Assembly: GCA_015680685.1 (NCBI GenBank) | Contig: MNCI01001451.1 | Location: forward strand, 613,228 to 677,227 | Length of the DNA stretch: 64,000 nt | Direction of reading: 5' to 3' | DNA from: Gnetum montanum | Taxonomy: Eukaryota > Plantae > Gnetophyta | Shown: positions 51,448 through 63,414 of the stretch, piece by piece | Layout of the letters: each line of letters opens with the position of its first letter | Numbering within the stretch: position 1 is the stretch's first letter | The notes under the pieces: generated by a model | Told to the model about the DNA's origin: nothing | Databases searched by the model: none | Seen by the model: the letters and a program-made list of their open reading frames with translations, nothing else | Program-made: the position numbers and the translations under genes

Positions 51448-51454
51448 AAAAAAC

Positions 51455-53175
51455 TATGGCAACCAAAAACATTAACGGCTGGAATGGAATACTGACAGGT
51501 TCATGAGTGCAAAGCTTTGACCTCATGGCTACATGAGGGCCAGCTAGAGGTAGAGATTGGATGTCCAGAATGGTCTCATTGATCGAACAGGGACTTACAA
51601 AATGTAATGTTAAAATGGTGTTAAGTGTTTATGTGATGTTTATGGTGTCAATAGGGGTGAGTGTAGTCCAGAGTTTCCATAAAAAATGAAGGTGTCACCA
51701 TGCAATTACATGTAAAAATAGCGCAAAATGCAAGTAAAATTCCAAAATGCTAATAAAACTACTAAAAATGCATGGGGAAAAGAGCAAGAGAGAAAGTGGC
51801 ACCACCCCAAACGAGGTTGAGTGTAGTTAACCTCAAAAGGGATGAGAAGGTACATAATGTATAGTAGATATAGTAGACAATGTAGTCAGAGTCTTGAGGT
51901 ATCCAGGCTATGAAAACTAACATCCACCATAGTGTCCATGCCTACCAAGTGGACTACAATGGTCTGCAATGTCCTATGGTGAGCTATGATGGTGTTTGAA
52001 TGTCTTGCCCTATTAATATGCCAAAGTGTCAAATGCTAGAGGTTCCAACTGAAATGCCAAAAATGCTAAGCTTATTTTAGATTTGCCAACCTTCAAATTT
52101 TCCATCCCCTAAAATGTCAAGGGCTAGGGTATTTATAGGGCTAAGTTTCCCATGAAATGTAGATTGACTTCCATATAGCAATGGGATTGTTGGAACTACA
52201 CTACACCCAACTACACTCTCCACTAAAGAAAATGGTGTTATGCTCTAATGTGCTCTAATGGACTCTACAAGACTACTAGAATATGACTACGCTACCAACT
52301 ACACATTTTTGTGTCAAAAAGACCATAATGTACCTGGAAAAATGTAAAAAAAATGCAAATTTGGAGACTACGCTCTAGGATTAAGCTATACACTATCTTG
52401 ACTAGTGTCAAGTGTAGTTATAATTTTGGGACAAAGGGGATGGAAAAAGATGCATGCTACTTGCTAGAGATGTGTTGGGACTAATGTGAATTCCAGCGTT
52501 GCATTGTGGAGGCCTTCAAGGCTATTCCTACCTCGCTATGCTTAACTATGCTTTAGGCTTGGGGAGAGCATAGTCCAAGACTTAGATAAATTTTGCAAAA
52601 AGGTGACTGTGTGCTGACTATGCTCTCGGGGAGGCTAACTATGCTCCCAACTAGGGTTGAGCGTAGTTCCAACACTTGGAAAATTTTTGCAAAATCTAGC
52701 TCCCAATTGGCTATGTTCTAGGGTAGTGGAGAGCGTAGTCTGAATAGTTAGAAAAATCTACAAAAAAACTAAGCCTTGATGTTATCTATGCTTGACTACA
52801 CTCTAGTCTAGTGGAGAGTGCAGTCTTGACAGTTAGAAAATTTTGCCAAACTATTTCTTCCATGCCCACCACATTTTGTAGATATTGTCTTAACACTTAG
52901 AAAGATTTGGAAAATGGCCTCTAGTGTTGACTACACTCTGGTGCAGTGGAGAGCATAGTATCAACACTTAGAAAGATTTGTAGCTTCTTGCTTCACACTG
53001 TCACTTAGGTAAAATTGCAAAAAAATCGGCTTTGGAGCTGACTATGCTCCCCACTAGGTTGACTATGCTCTAGTGCAATGGAGACTATAGTCCCAACACT
53101 TAGAAAAAATTTTCCTTGTGTTGGCACTTAGACAAATTTGTAGCTAAGAAGTGCTAGCCCAAATTCGGTGTTTCA
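51455..53175 (-). mobile_element. 5' LTR of a family-B element (~1.72 kb), inserted into the gag of element E
   Basis: The minus strand begins TGAAACACCGAATTTGGGC; homologous to 4170-5853. Confidence 0.85.
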
Positions 53176-55341
53176 GAAAACATCTAGACCTCAAAATACA
53201 ATACCTAAACCTACCAGAAAATGTAGGATTTTTGAAAAAAAATAGAAATCAAAGGAAAAATATCAACCTAATGAAGAAGATCATTAGGATCCTCTCCCAA
53301 GAATGTTTGGGAAGTTAGGATTTTATGGTGAAGGAAAGTATGAAATAATAGAAAACTTGAAAAGAATTAAAGCTAATATCAACTTGTATCAACTATTTTA
53401 AAAGGAAGAATATTCTAAGATAATTCTAGAAGAGATTAAGAAAGAAAAGAAAGCGAGTGATTTTTCTACAAACTATATTTATAATAATGACAAATCTATT
53501 AGTAAAACATAGGTTGTAGCTAACAAAGATTCTCTTCCTTTCCTATTAACTCTTTGGTTGAAAGTTAGATATCTACATAATTGTTTAGTTAATTCAGGAG
53601 GCACTCCTTTGTCAATATGTGATCAACTAGGATTAAAACTAGAATAGTTAAATAAGAAGACTATCCAAGTTGATAAGAGTAGAGTTAGGATAATAGATCA
53701 ACTACCAAATGTACTACTCCAATTAGCTTTAGATCCAAGGATCAAAAGTAGAGTTACCATCCAAGTAGCTAATATCCCTGATTCTTGTAGCTTGCTATTA
53801 GGTAGAAGTTGGAGCCAGAATTTTTCTAGATACATAGATATAGATTATTTTCATATGTGATTGCCATGGAAGGAAGAATTGAATCAAATTTATATATATA
53901 TTAAGCCATTGATGATAAAGAATGTGAATCTAGATAAGAAAAATAAGAGATTTGAATCAATAGAAGTTGAATTAGGAGTCAGCTCAATCCGAGAAATACA
54001 AATTATGCATTCTAATGATCAATCAAAACAATTTTGATAGCTATATTTTTATGGTTCTTGTAATTCAAAAGGATTAGAAATTGAGATTGTTCTAGACGGA
54101 CCAGGAAATCAAGTAGATTTGAAAGCTATATGATTGGAATTTCCTTATACTAATAATAGAGTAAAATATGAAGCTCTGTGTAGAGGGTTGAGAATAGCTC
54201 ATGAGAAAGGCATCCTAAAATTAGAGGTTAAAGAAAACTCAAAACTCATATGCTATCAAGTTAGAAGAAAGTGCAATGTTCAAAGCTCATTCCTTAAGAC
54301 TTATAAACATATGGTAGTAAGATTACTTAAATATTTATAGCATATAGGATTGACAACATCCTAATGAAAAAGAATCAAAATGCTGATGAACTTGCAGTGG
54401 TAGCTTCAACTCAAGACTTATCAAAAATAGTTGAACATCATAAAGTGGTGATCAAATTAGAATCAGCACCAATGATCTTGGATAATGAGGAATGTTTTCA
54501 AATATTTAAGAATAATCATCAAATAACTCAATTTCTCAAAAATATGAAAGAATTCAAAAGCCACATTTATAAAAAGGATAATTTAAAATCAAAAGAAAAA
54601 AGCATATCCCAAAAAATATTAAAATTGATGGAAGAATTCAAATAAAAATTAGTGGAAGGATTAGATATTTAAAATCCCAAAGATCAATCTTATGAAGTAA
54701 TAAATTAAGGATGTCAAGACATTCATAAGTTCCTTAATATTGGGATAAAACTTCAATCCAACATAAAAGAACAATTGATGCAAGTTCTTAGAGAAAATTT
54801 AGATAGTTTCGCTTGATCATATGATCATTTGAAAACTTTTGATCCCAACATTATGACTCATAAAATTTCTTTAGAAAAGGATTGCAAGATAGTTAAACAA
54901 AAGATAAGGAAATTTAATTTAATTTTTAAACCAGAGATAAAAGCTAAAATTAAGAAGTTATTAGGTGCTATCATAATATATCCAATTAGGTACTCAACTT
55001 GGATAGCTAATTTAGTGCTAGTCAAGAAAAAGAATGTTGATATAAGGCTATATGTTGATTTCAAAAATTTAAATGAATCTTCAATTAAGGATAGATACCC
55101 ACTTCCAAAAATTTATGAAATGCTAATAAATGTATCAAGATGTCAATTATACTCATTCCTCAATGTATTTTTAGGTTATAATTAAATAATAGTATACAAT
55201 CATGACAATTTTAAAATAGCATTTATCACTAAATGAGGAACATTTGCATACAAAAGAATGTCCTTTAGCCTATCAAATGTAGGGGATACTTTTTAGCAAG
55301 CTATGGATATAGCTTTCAAAAGACTTATTAGGAAATTTATT
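53176..55341 (+). pseudogene. pol: Element E (TatII-type): gag tail, PROT, aRH and RT N-half
   Basis: YLHNCLVNSGG...LLLGRSWS; aRH EFPYTNNRVKYEAL...NQNADELA; RT WIANLVLVKKKN...DRYPLPKI; order PROT-aRH-RT. Confidence 0.92.
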
Positions 55342-55629
55342 TTTATTTTTTTTAGAAAATGTTCAAGAGTGTATTACTGAAAAATTATAGTACAAGAGTA
55401 TACAGTTCGAGGGTCATTAGAAATGGCCCACAAAGGAGGGGGTGGAAGCCCCCATGCAAAAAATCGACACCCCAAATGACAAGCGCTCCCCCGAGGGGGA
55501 GGGCTGCCCCCCCCCCCCCCCCCCCCCCCGAAATAAATAAGCGGGGGCACACCCCCACCAACAACAAAAAAAAGGGGGGGCAAAACCAAAAGCTTGGGGA
55601 AGCAAAAGAAAGCAAAAAGAACCTGCGTC

Positions 55630-57110
55630 GCTGATGGGGAGGGGCCCTGTCCCCAACCCTTAGGGGTGAGTCGGCAAGCGACGGTAGGCAGAGTGCAGAC
55701 GTTCTAGCTCATGGAGTAGGTCCAAGGTGTTGTGATGATCCTCGGTGTCCATAAAGTTTGCCACCTACTGGATACCTTGCATAGTAGACTCCCGCTTACT
55801 CTGGTCCGCCGGTGAATCCCCCACATCCAGATGGAAACATGCCGAGGTTCATCAAAAATGTCTCTGGAGCTCCCCCCAAGAGCTCTCACAACTGATGTCC
55901 AAGATGAGGTACGGGCATCGCCCCCCCCCCCCCCCCCCCCCTAAGCCACTGTCAAGCACTGTGCTCGTGTGCTCGATCAAGCTGTCTTTGCCTCTGCTCC
56001 TCCTCCTCCTGTAAGTGTTCATGCTCCGCCCTCTCTGCCTTCTCTTAAGCTCTATGGGTCGTGTCCTCCTGTCTCAACTCCTCCCGCACCTGGGCCTGGA
56101 TCTTGTCAATAAGCCAGGCCCGAGCAGCCTCTACCATTAGCTCATGCTATCTCATTCGCTCCTGTTCCTGCTCATGGAACTGGGCTTCCAAGTCAGCCTG
56201 AGACTGAGCAAGGGCCTCGTTCCACTTGGCCTCCCACTCACGTTGCTCTACCTCCCACGCAACAGTTGCAGCTCTCTGTTCAGCCTATTACAGCTCTTCA
56301 ACCTAGTTTGAGCTATCGCTAGGGGGTCTGGCAAGGGGAAAGCCATCTTGATGAGACTAGTAGGGAGGCGCGGATCCCACTGGGAGCAGCGTCCCCATGC
56401 GAAGGTGGTCGCTGGCAAGGTCCAGTGGGTCCCTTGGCTGGGTGAGGCCAAGGGGTCAAGGGAGGCAGCATGGGGCTAGGCAGGGATGACCCCCCATGGG
56501 AGGGTAGAGGACGACAAGCCAAGTGCCCCCCAGTGCCCCTCCACAGAGCCAAGATCAACCCCTAATGTCGACCGTGTTTCTTAAGAAGGAGAACCTCCAA
56601 GAAAAAACACGAGAGGTTAATCTAGAGACCTAACTTCAAACAACGCATAAAGACAAAGTGCAAACCCTAAAGTTTGGACCCATTGCCAGATTGGACGAAA
56701 AAATGGTCCACTAGATCGACCACCCGTGCCTAGAGACGAGGGAGGGAACATCGAGGAACCTATCGGCTTTGCATTCGTGGCATGGGTCCATCAAAAAAGA
56801 GCTCAGCATCCTGTAGGCCATGGGTGGTAGGTAGAATAATTTCTCTAGCAGCCTGGGTCCCTAGACAACTGGTGATAGCAGACTCAGTGATGTGAATCTC
56901 GCATCCTCAGAAGATGGTCCAGTCACCATCCCAGTTAGTTAAAAAAGCATCATCTGCCAAATTCGGGTTGCTGACCAGTCGTTGCAGTGGGGCAAACAAA
57001 TCGCACTAGGTAACCAGCTGCTAGAGCTCCTCATCTTCCCAGAAGGCGGTGCAGTCAAGCTCGAACATCGGCGTTACACCCATGGTCGTCTCGATTTCAT
57101 TCCACGTGTA
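55630..57110 (-). pseudogene. LINE ORF2 C-terminal extension or ORF3: Transposase_32/PMD-like domain, Pro-rich linker and coiled coil
   Basis: EL*QLVT*CDLFAPLQRLVSNPNLADDAFLTNWDGDWTIF*GCEIHITESAITSCLGTQAARE; EALAQSQADLEAQFHEQEQERMR...QEEEEQRQRQ. Confidence 0.6.
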
Positions 57111-60088
57111 GTAGGTCTAAGAAATTAGCCGCTGGGGGGTAGCCTATCCTAATGAAACATTGTGTAGTTTCGCACCTTCCAAGCCACCCATAAAAGCATC
57201 GACACCCAAGAATCATCGGTAAGCTACATTGAGGGGGGGCACCGCCGCGGCGCACCAAGTGGCGCGCATGTAACCATAGTCATAGGCAAAGTGTTCAATC
57301 ATCTCGAGCATAGTGCCATAGCAAGGACAAGTGTCATCTTGCATGATCCTACACCTGCGCAAAACAGTGTGCACAGGGAGTGTGTTAGACCGTACAAGCC
57401 ATAAAAAGATTTTTATTTTTTCAGGGAGTCACCCATGCCAAATCCATTGCCAGCCGACCTTCGGCAAATATTTTGTTGACATAAGGGTACGCGGCTCGAG
57501 GTCCAACCAACCCTAGGTCAACATCATTCATGCATGTTGGTAGATCATCTACCAGGGCCACAAGGCACGCGTCCCAGCCTCCCACTGCATGTACTTTTCA
57601 TTGATGATTCGGGCCTACTAACTCAGTTCCCCGTGTGGGTGCGTCAAGTGGTGCAGGAGCCATTTCTACCCTAACATGATTTCATCCTCGAAGGACGTAA
57701 TGCCTAGCCCCCTTCCTTACAAGGGCCCACGATGTGGGTCCAATTCAAGAGGTGGAACTTCCCCCNGATGGTGTTTGGGGGGTGGCAACAACTGCCACAA
57801 ATCGTGTGACGACCATGAGAATCCTAGTTGCCACGAGGAGACAGCCCTTGCGAGTTAGGAAGTGATTGGCCCAATGGTTCATACGCCTCTCAACCTTCAC
57901 TAGGAGTGGACCCCATGAATTGTTTCGGCCCCACTGGTACAACGAGATGCCTAGGTATGTGTCTTTAGTTGTCCTAGGCTGGATATCTAGGATTTGCACC
58001 ACCCTACCTTTTACTTGTGCATCAAAATTAATAAAATTAACCGTAGATTTGGTGCGGTTAATTTCCAATCCCAATTCCTCTACCAGTCAAGTCAGGGCCA
58101 TGTTAATGCAGCATACTTGTGGGGCTACTACCTGACTGAGTAGCATCGTGTCATCTGCGTAGTATTCAACCTTGCAGGCCACCCCAGCAATGTCCAAGCC
58201 CTCCACCCTGGAAGTGCTACAATAATGCTGCATGAGGTCCATAGCAATGATGAAGAGCAGGGGCGAAAGTGGGTCGCCCTATCTCAATCCCCTGCTAGGG
58301 GATGAAAAGCCCCACAGTCGCCTCCCCACATCGAACAAGAAGTTGGCGGAGAATTAGATGTGTATACAAAGTTAGATGAAACTTTGGTCAAATCCTTTTT
58401 GATGCATAATGACTTGCAAGGCTTCCCAGTTGAGTGTATCATATGCCTTAGTGATATCAAGCTTGAGACATAGGTCGGGGAAGCCTATAGTCCGAAGGGA
58501 GTGTAGCACCTCCTGCATGAGAAGAACTTGATCCTAAAGGGGCCTACCCTACACAAAGCCAGCCTAATTGATTCCCACCAACTTGAGCAGAAGAGGCCTG
58601 AGTCGGTTGACTAGGAGCTTGGAGAAAATCCAGATGAGGACATTGCAAACTCCAATGGGACGGAAGTGCTCCAGGTGATGTGTGTCAATCTGCTTGGGGA
58701 TGCACACGATGCGAGAGTAGCTGATTTCCCATTGCACTTGCCTCTTGGATAACATGAGGTTGAATGCATCCAGGATATTAGGCCCCACAATATCCAGAAA
58801 AATCTTGAAGAATTCAAGGGACCATCCATTAGGTCCAAGCGCTTTTCCTCCTGGCATGTTGTTGATAGTGGTAGTGAGTTCCAACCAAGAGAAGGGGACC
58901 ATCAGCCACCTATTGTCCCCTTCGTGTAGCACCCTCTCCACATGGACCAAGAGGGGTTGAGTAGGCTGCTTGATCCAAATTCTCCCCCAATATTGTGACA
59001 TCTCATTGGCGATCCCCTACAGGTCATCAATAACTTTACCTGTCTGGGTTCATAGGCAATGGGGTTAGCTCCCACCTCGAGTTTTGGCCATGGCAAAGAA
59101 AAATTTTGTCTTTCTATCCCCTTCTCGAAGCCATCTAACCCAGGAGTGCTATCCCTAGTACGTTTCCTCCTCCAGGTCAAGGATTTGGAGTTGATGTAGG
59201 AGACGTAGCTCCTCCAGATGCAAGTCCTCCCCAGCCTCCTATCAAGCCTGGAGTTGACCGAGCTAATCCTGAACCACCCTTTGACTTGATCTGAAGAAAA
59301 ATTTCTCCTCCACCGAGAGGGCCCAGATGGCCCACTTTAGATGGAGCAAGGCCTCATCCCTAGCTTGGAAAGCCATGTGGCCTTGAAGCAGAAGGGGCTT
59401 GAGGCCCGGGGCTTATCCAGTCCGAGCAAACAGACCAGCGAGTAGTGATCAGAGGTGACTCTTTCCTGCCCCGTCATGTGCATGGTGGAGTGGAGGAGGA
59501 GGTTGGAGTTGACACAGACCTGATCGATGCAAGAAAGGATACGATTCGACCCTTTTCGTTGGTTGCTCTAGGTGAACTGGAAGTTCTCAATGGGTAAGTC
59601 CACCAAGGAGTGAGTTTCCAGGAAGTCTTGGAAAGCCTGCACACCCGAGGGAGGGGGGCAGCTCCCCTAGACTTCTCCCAAGGGTGTAAGCATTGGTTGA
59701 AGTCATCCATCACCATCCAGGAACGGTGGTCTGGCACCAGCGCTACCACCTGGTTCAGCTCTTGCAGCCTTAGCTCCCATGCTTGCACCCTGTAGAAGTT
59801 GGTCAACCAAATTCGTTGAGTAGGAATCTGGACGGTGATGGCCCACTGCAAAATATCTACTAGCCGCATGGCGTAACATGCTAGAATGGCAAGGCCCCCG
59901 ACCCTGCCCTGGCAAGGGTGCATCTAGGTAAACCAACCTTCCCATTGGAGAAGGTATGATTCCATCACTTGCAGCTTGGTCTCCTAGAGGCAAATGATGT
60001 CACAGTCTTCCTCTTTAACAATACGGCGTCTAGTATTTCTCTTATAGGGGGTACCCTGTCCCCTACAATTCCAACTGAAAACCTTCAT
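57110..60088 (-). pseudogene. LINE ORF2: APE endonuclease, RT and zf-RVT
   Basis: MKVFSWNCRGQG at 60088; FRPIGVCNVL; KLDITKAYD; YADD; KIKIFLWLV...CPCY...IEH; WVAWKVRN. Confidence 0.93.
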
Positions 60089-60089
60089 G

Positions 60090-61530
60090 TGTGACTAGAG
60101 ACGCAGCGTTGGTAGACCTCCCGAAGGGTCTATTGCTGCCCCAAGTTGATATCCCATTGGGCTTGTTTGCTCCTAGATCTGGTCTCACTCGATCGTCCTG
60201 GGCGGCCCTCACCGTCCCGTACCACTGGGCTGCATCCGACCTACTCAGTGGGGGACTCCTGCACCTGGTTCTATTGGGTTTAGGTGCTCCCCCGAACCAT
60301 GTTTACCCACTCCCCCAAAGGGAAAAGCTTGGGTCCTGGTTCTATGGTGTTTGGCATGGTTGTGCATGACCAGGGGGACCGTGTGGGATGTGTGGGTTGG
60401 TTGTGGGTGGGGGGTTATCTTGGCAAGGAAAACCTAGGTAACGGGGGGAGGGGGAGGGGGTGGAGGAGGGGGGTATGGGCAACATGGGAGGGGGGTCAGT
60501 GGAGGAGCCTCAATGGAGTGGTGGGGGGAAGTGAGGTTAGGCTAGGGGGTCAAGGGAAGTGGGGTAAGGAGGAAGGATAAGGGGGAGTTTGGCTGTTGTG
60601 TGGGAGGGGCTACGTGGGTGGGGGGTTGGCTTTTCCTGGCAGGGGGGCTGTGCAGGTGGGGGGTGGGGGAGTGGTCGTGGGATTACTTTGGGAAGGGGGT
60701 TGATCAGACGAGGGATGCAACCATCCTTTGCATCCCATGGTGACCCAGTTGCCCCCCTCGAACAGTTGCCAAGCTGAGTCTCTTGGCCACATCTTGCGAA
60801 ATCTACATTCTTCTTCTAGGTATCCAAGTTTCCCACAACACCCGCAACCATCAAGCATGCTTGCCTAGTTTTTCATGCCATGCGTCAGGGCAGGGTCCAC
60901 TCCAAGGTTCTCAAAAGTAACTTGCAAGGTTTCCTCCCCCTCCCTAGGGAGCTCTAGCACTACCGCTCAGATGAGGTCAATCTCCGACAAACTGCGCCAA
61001 ATGTAGAAGCGGGCGAAACCCATTCTCTCCATCGACCGCGTGATGCAGTCGAAGGTAATGAAGTCATCAAAAAACCTACAACCTCCATCAGGAACTCAAG
61101 GTTCCAAAGTTCCCACAGAATGTCGGCCACCCGCACCCAAACTGAGGCATGGGTAAACAAGTCAGCTTCTCGATGGGCCCCAGTGCGCCATGGGGTCAAG
61201 GCAAGCCCCCGAGCCCCGTAGAACCATGGGCCACCGAGCAGCACTAAATCCCTGGCCTACAGGGATGGGAAAATAAAGAGGAATAGGTCCTCAGAAAGGC
61301 TCTGAACATCGACATCACCCATCTTCCACTGTTCATTCACCCACCGACGGACGAGGTCTAGCCGCGGGTGGGCCCCTCGAGAGATGAAATGGCCAATGAG
61401 GCTCCTCTGCATAGTGTAGATGCCCTAGGATGGGGGGTGGTGAACCCACAACCGCAAGGTATGGTCACTACGGGAGTGGGCCTCGATGGAGCCACTGGGC
61501 ATTGGTCCCGCCAGTTTCTCAACCCCCAGC
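60090..61530 (-). pseudogene. LINE ORF1 (DUF4283-like RRM, zinc knuckle, Pro-rich tail)
   Basis: VLLGGPWFYGARGLALTPW...VWVRVADIL; CGCCGKLGYLEEEC. Confidence 0.88.
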
Positions 61531-61554
61531 CCATCGAGGCCACCCCCAGTTGTT

Positions 61555-61665
61555 ATGGCTGCTGTGGTTGCTGCTCCTATTGTTGCTCCTACTATTGCTG
61601 CTCCTATTGTTGCTCCTACTATTGTTGCCATTGCTCCTGCTGTTGTTGCTATTGCTCCTGCTATT
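61555..61665. repeat. Short tandem repeats at the LINE 5' end
   Basis: Units of about 15 bp, (t/c)tgctcctattg(t/c)tg. Confidence 0.85.
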
Positions 61666-61685
61666 CACTTATTAGGAAATTTATT

Positions 61686-63410
61686 ACCATTTATTTAGAT
61701 AATATTACATTTTATTTAAAACATGACCTTGATCATATTTCTCACTTACAATAGATATTTAACATGTGTTAGAAGTTTGGTATCTTTTTTAATCTTCAAA
61801 AAATGTATCTTTAGATTAACGTTATGTAGTTTACTTGATCACATAATTTTTCAAAAGGGAATAACTATTGATTAAGCTAGAATTGAGGCTATTCAATGTA
61901 TAGAACAGCCCACAAATAAAAAAACATTCAAATCTTTCTTTGGAAAAGTGAACTTTATCAAGAAATTTATTCCTGGATTTATAAAAATAACAAAACCTCT
62001 CTCACTAATGTTAAAGAAATATGTGGAAGTAAGAAAGACTAAAGAATCACTCAAAGCTTTATACCAAATAAAAAAAGAAATTTTAGAAGCACCATATCTA
62101 GTGAAGCCAAAATTAAAAGAATATTTTTGGTTATATGCTTCTTATTCAAAAGATTCATTGGTCATAGTATTAACACAAACAAATGGAACAGAGGCAAAGC
62201 CAATTGAATTTTTTCATTACTAGTTAAAAAAGTTGAAAGAAATTACTCTAGATTAGAAAAACAAGCATTCACTATTATTAAAGTCCTAGGACATTTGAAG
62301 TATTATTTTCAAAATGCTTTAGTTCATATTATGACCATAGAGCTAGCTATAAAGCAATTCCTGTCATAAAATGAAATTAGACTTAATAGAGCTAATTGGA
62401 TAATCAAACTTCAACAATTTAATTTCACTTTGAAAACTTGTAAAACAATAAAGTATATGGTATTATCTAGGATGTTGAAAACAATAAAGTATATGGTAAA
62501 ACTACTAGCCCTTTTTGAAATCACAAATTGGTATGATAACATAGTGAAGTCTCTTATTAGTTAAGAAATTCTCAAGAATTTATCTAAAAGCAAGAAAAGA
62601 GCATTTATAACCAAAACCAAAAAAAATACATCTATACTTAGGGAACTCTATATAGAAAATATTTTAGAGGTATTTTATTGGAATGTACACCAAATCAAAA
62701 AATTGAAGGCATATTGAAGCAATTCCATGATCAAGGTCTACATTATGAATCCCCTAGAACCACAATGCAACATATATTATGATATAGTTTATATAGGCCC
62801 ACTATGTACAAGGATGTGGGAGATAAAATTTTAACCTTTCACAAGTGTCAAATACATGAACCAAAGCCAAAACAAGCTAATGCTCCACTAAAACTAGCAA
62901 TAATAGATAGCCTTTTCAAAGGTGGGGATTAGACTCTATAGGAGCAATTACTTCATCTCAAGCAAGATATAAATTTATTTTAATAGCTACTGATTATTTA
63001 ACCAAATGGCTAGAAGCTAAGGCATTAAGAAGAAGTAAAACCTATGATGTAATTTATTTCCTTGAACAATAGATCATAAATCATTCTAGGATTCTAGAAT
63101 CCTTAGTCACCAATAGCAATGTAGATTTTCAATCAGCTAAGTTTGTGAGATGGACTTTAGAAAAAATAGTCTTGCTATATTCATCATCAAACTCTTATCC
63201 ACAAGGAAATGGTTTGGTTGAATCTACAAATAAATATTTGATCCCTTACATCAAACATTCTATGGATAATAATGTGAGAAATTCAAATGAACTATTGCAA
63301 GGAGCTATATGGATTGATAAGATTAGAATCAAGAAATCTATAGGAGCTACAAAATTCATATTAGTCTATGGATTTAATGCTTGAATAACTAATATAGTCA
63401 TGTCTTCAGT
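61686..63410 (+). pseudogene. pol: Element E pol, continued: RT C-half, RH and INT (C-terminus missing)
   Basis: TIYLDNI resumes after the TSD; NFIKKFIPGF; ATDYFTKWLEAK; SSNSYPQGNGLVES. Confidence 0.92.
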
Positions 63411-63414
63411 AGTT

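Larger units (their letters stand above)
55342..61666 (-). mobile_element. Full-length L1-clade LINE (~6.3 kb)
   Basis: 19-bp TSD acttattaggaaatttatt at 55323-55341 and 61667-61685; poly(A) tail seen as a T-run at 55341-55353; ORF1 and ORF2 present; GC-rich relative to the flanks. Confidence 0.96.

Noticed and set aside
55359-55656. Pro/Gly-rich overlapping ORFs
   Set aside because: Produced by poly-C/G tracts in the LINE 3' UTR
61368-61754. Cys-rich, Leu-rich and Ala-rich ORFs
   Set aside because: Alternative frames of the LINE 5' microsatellite-like repeat
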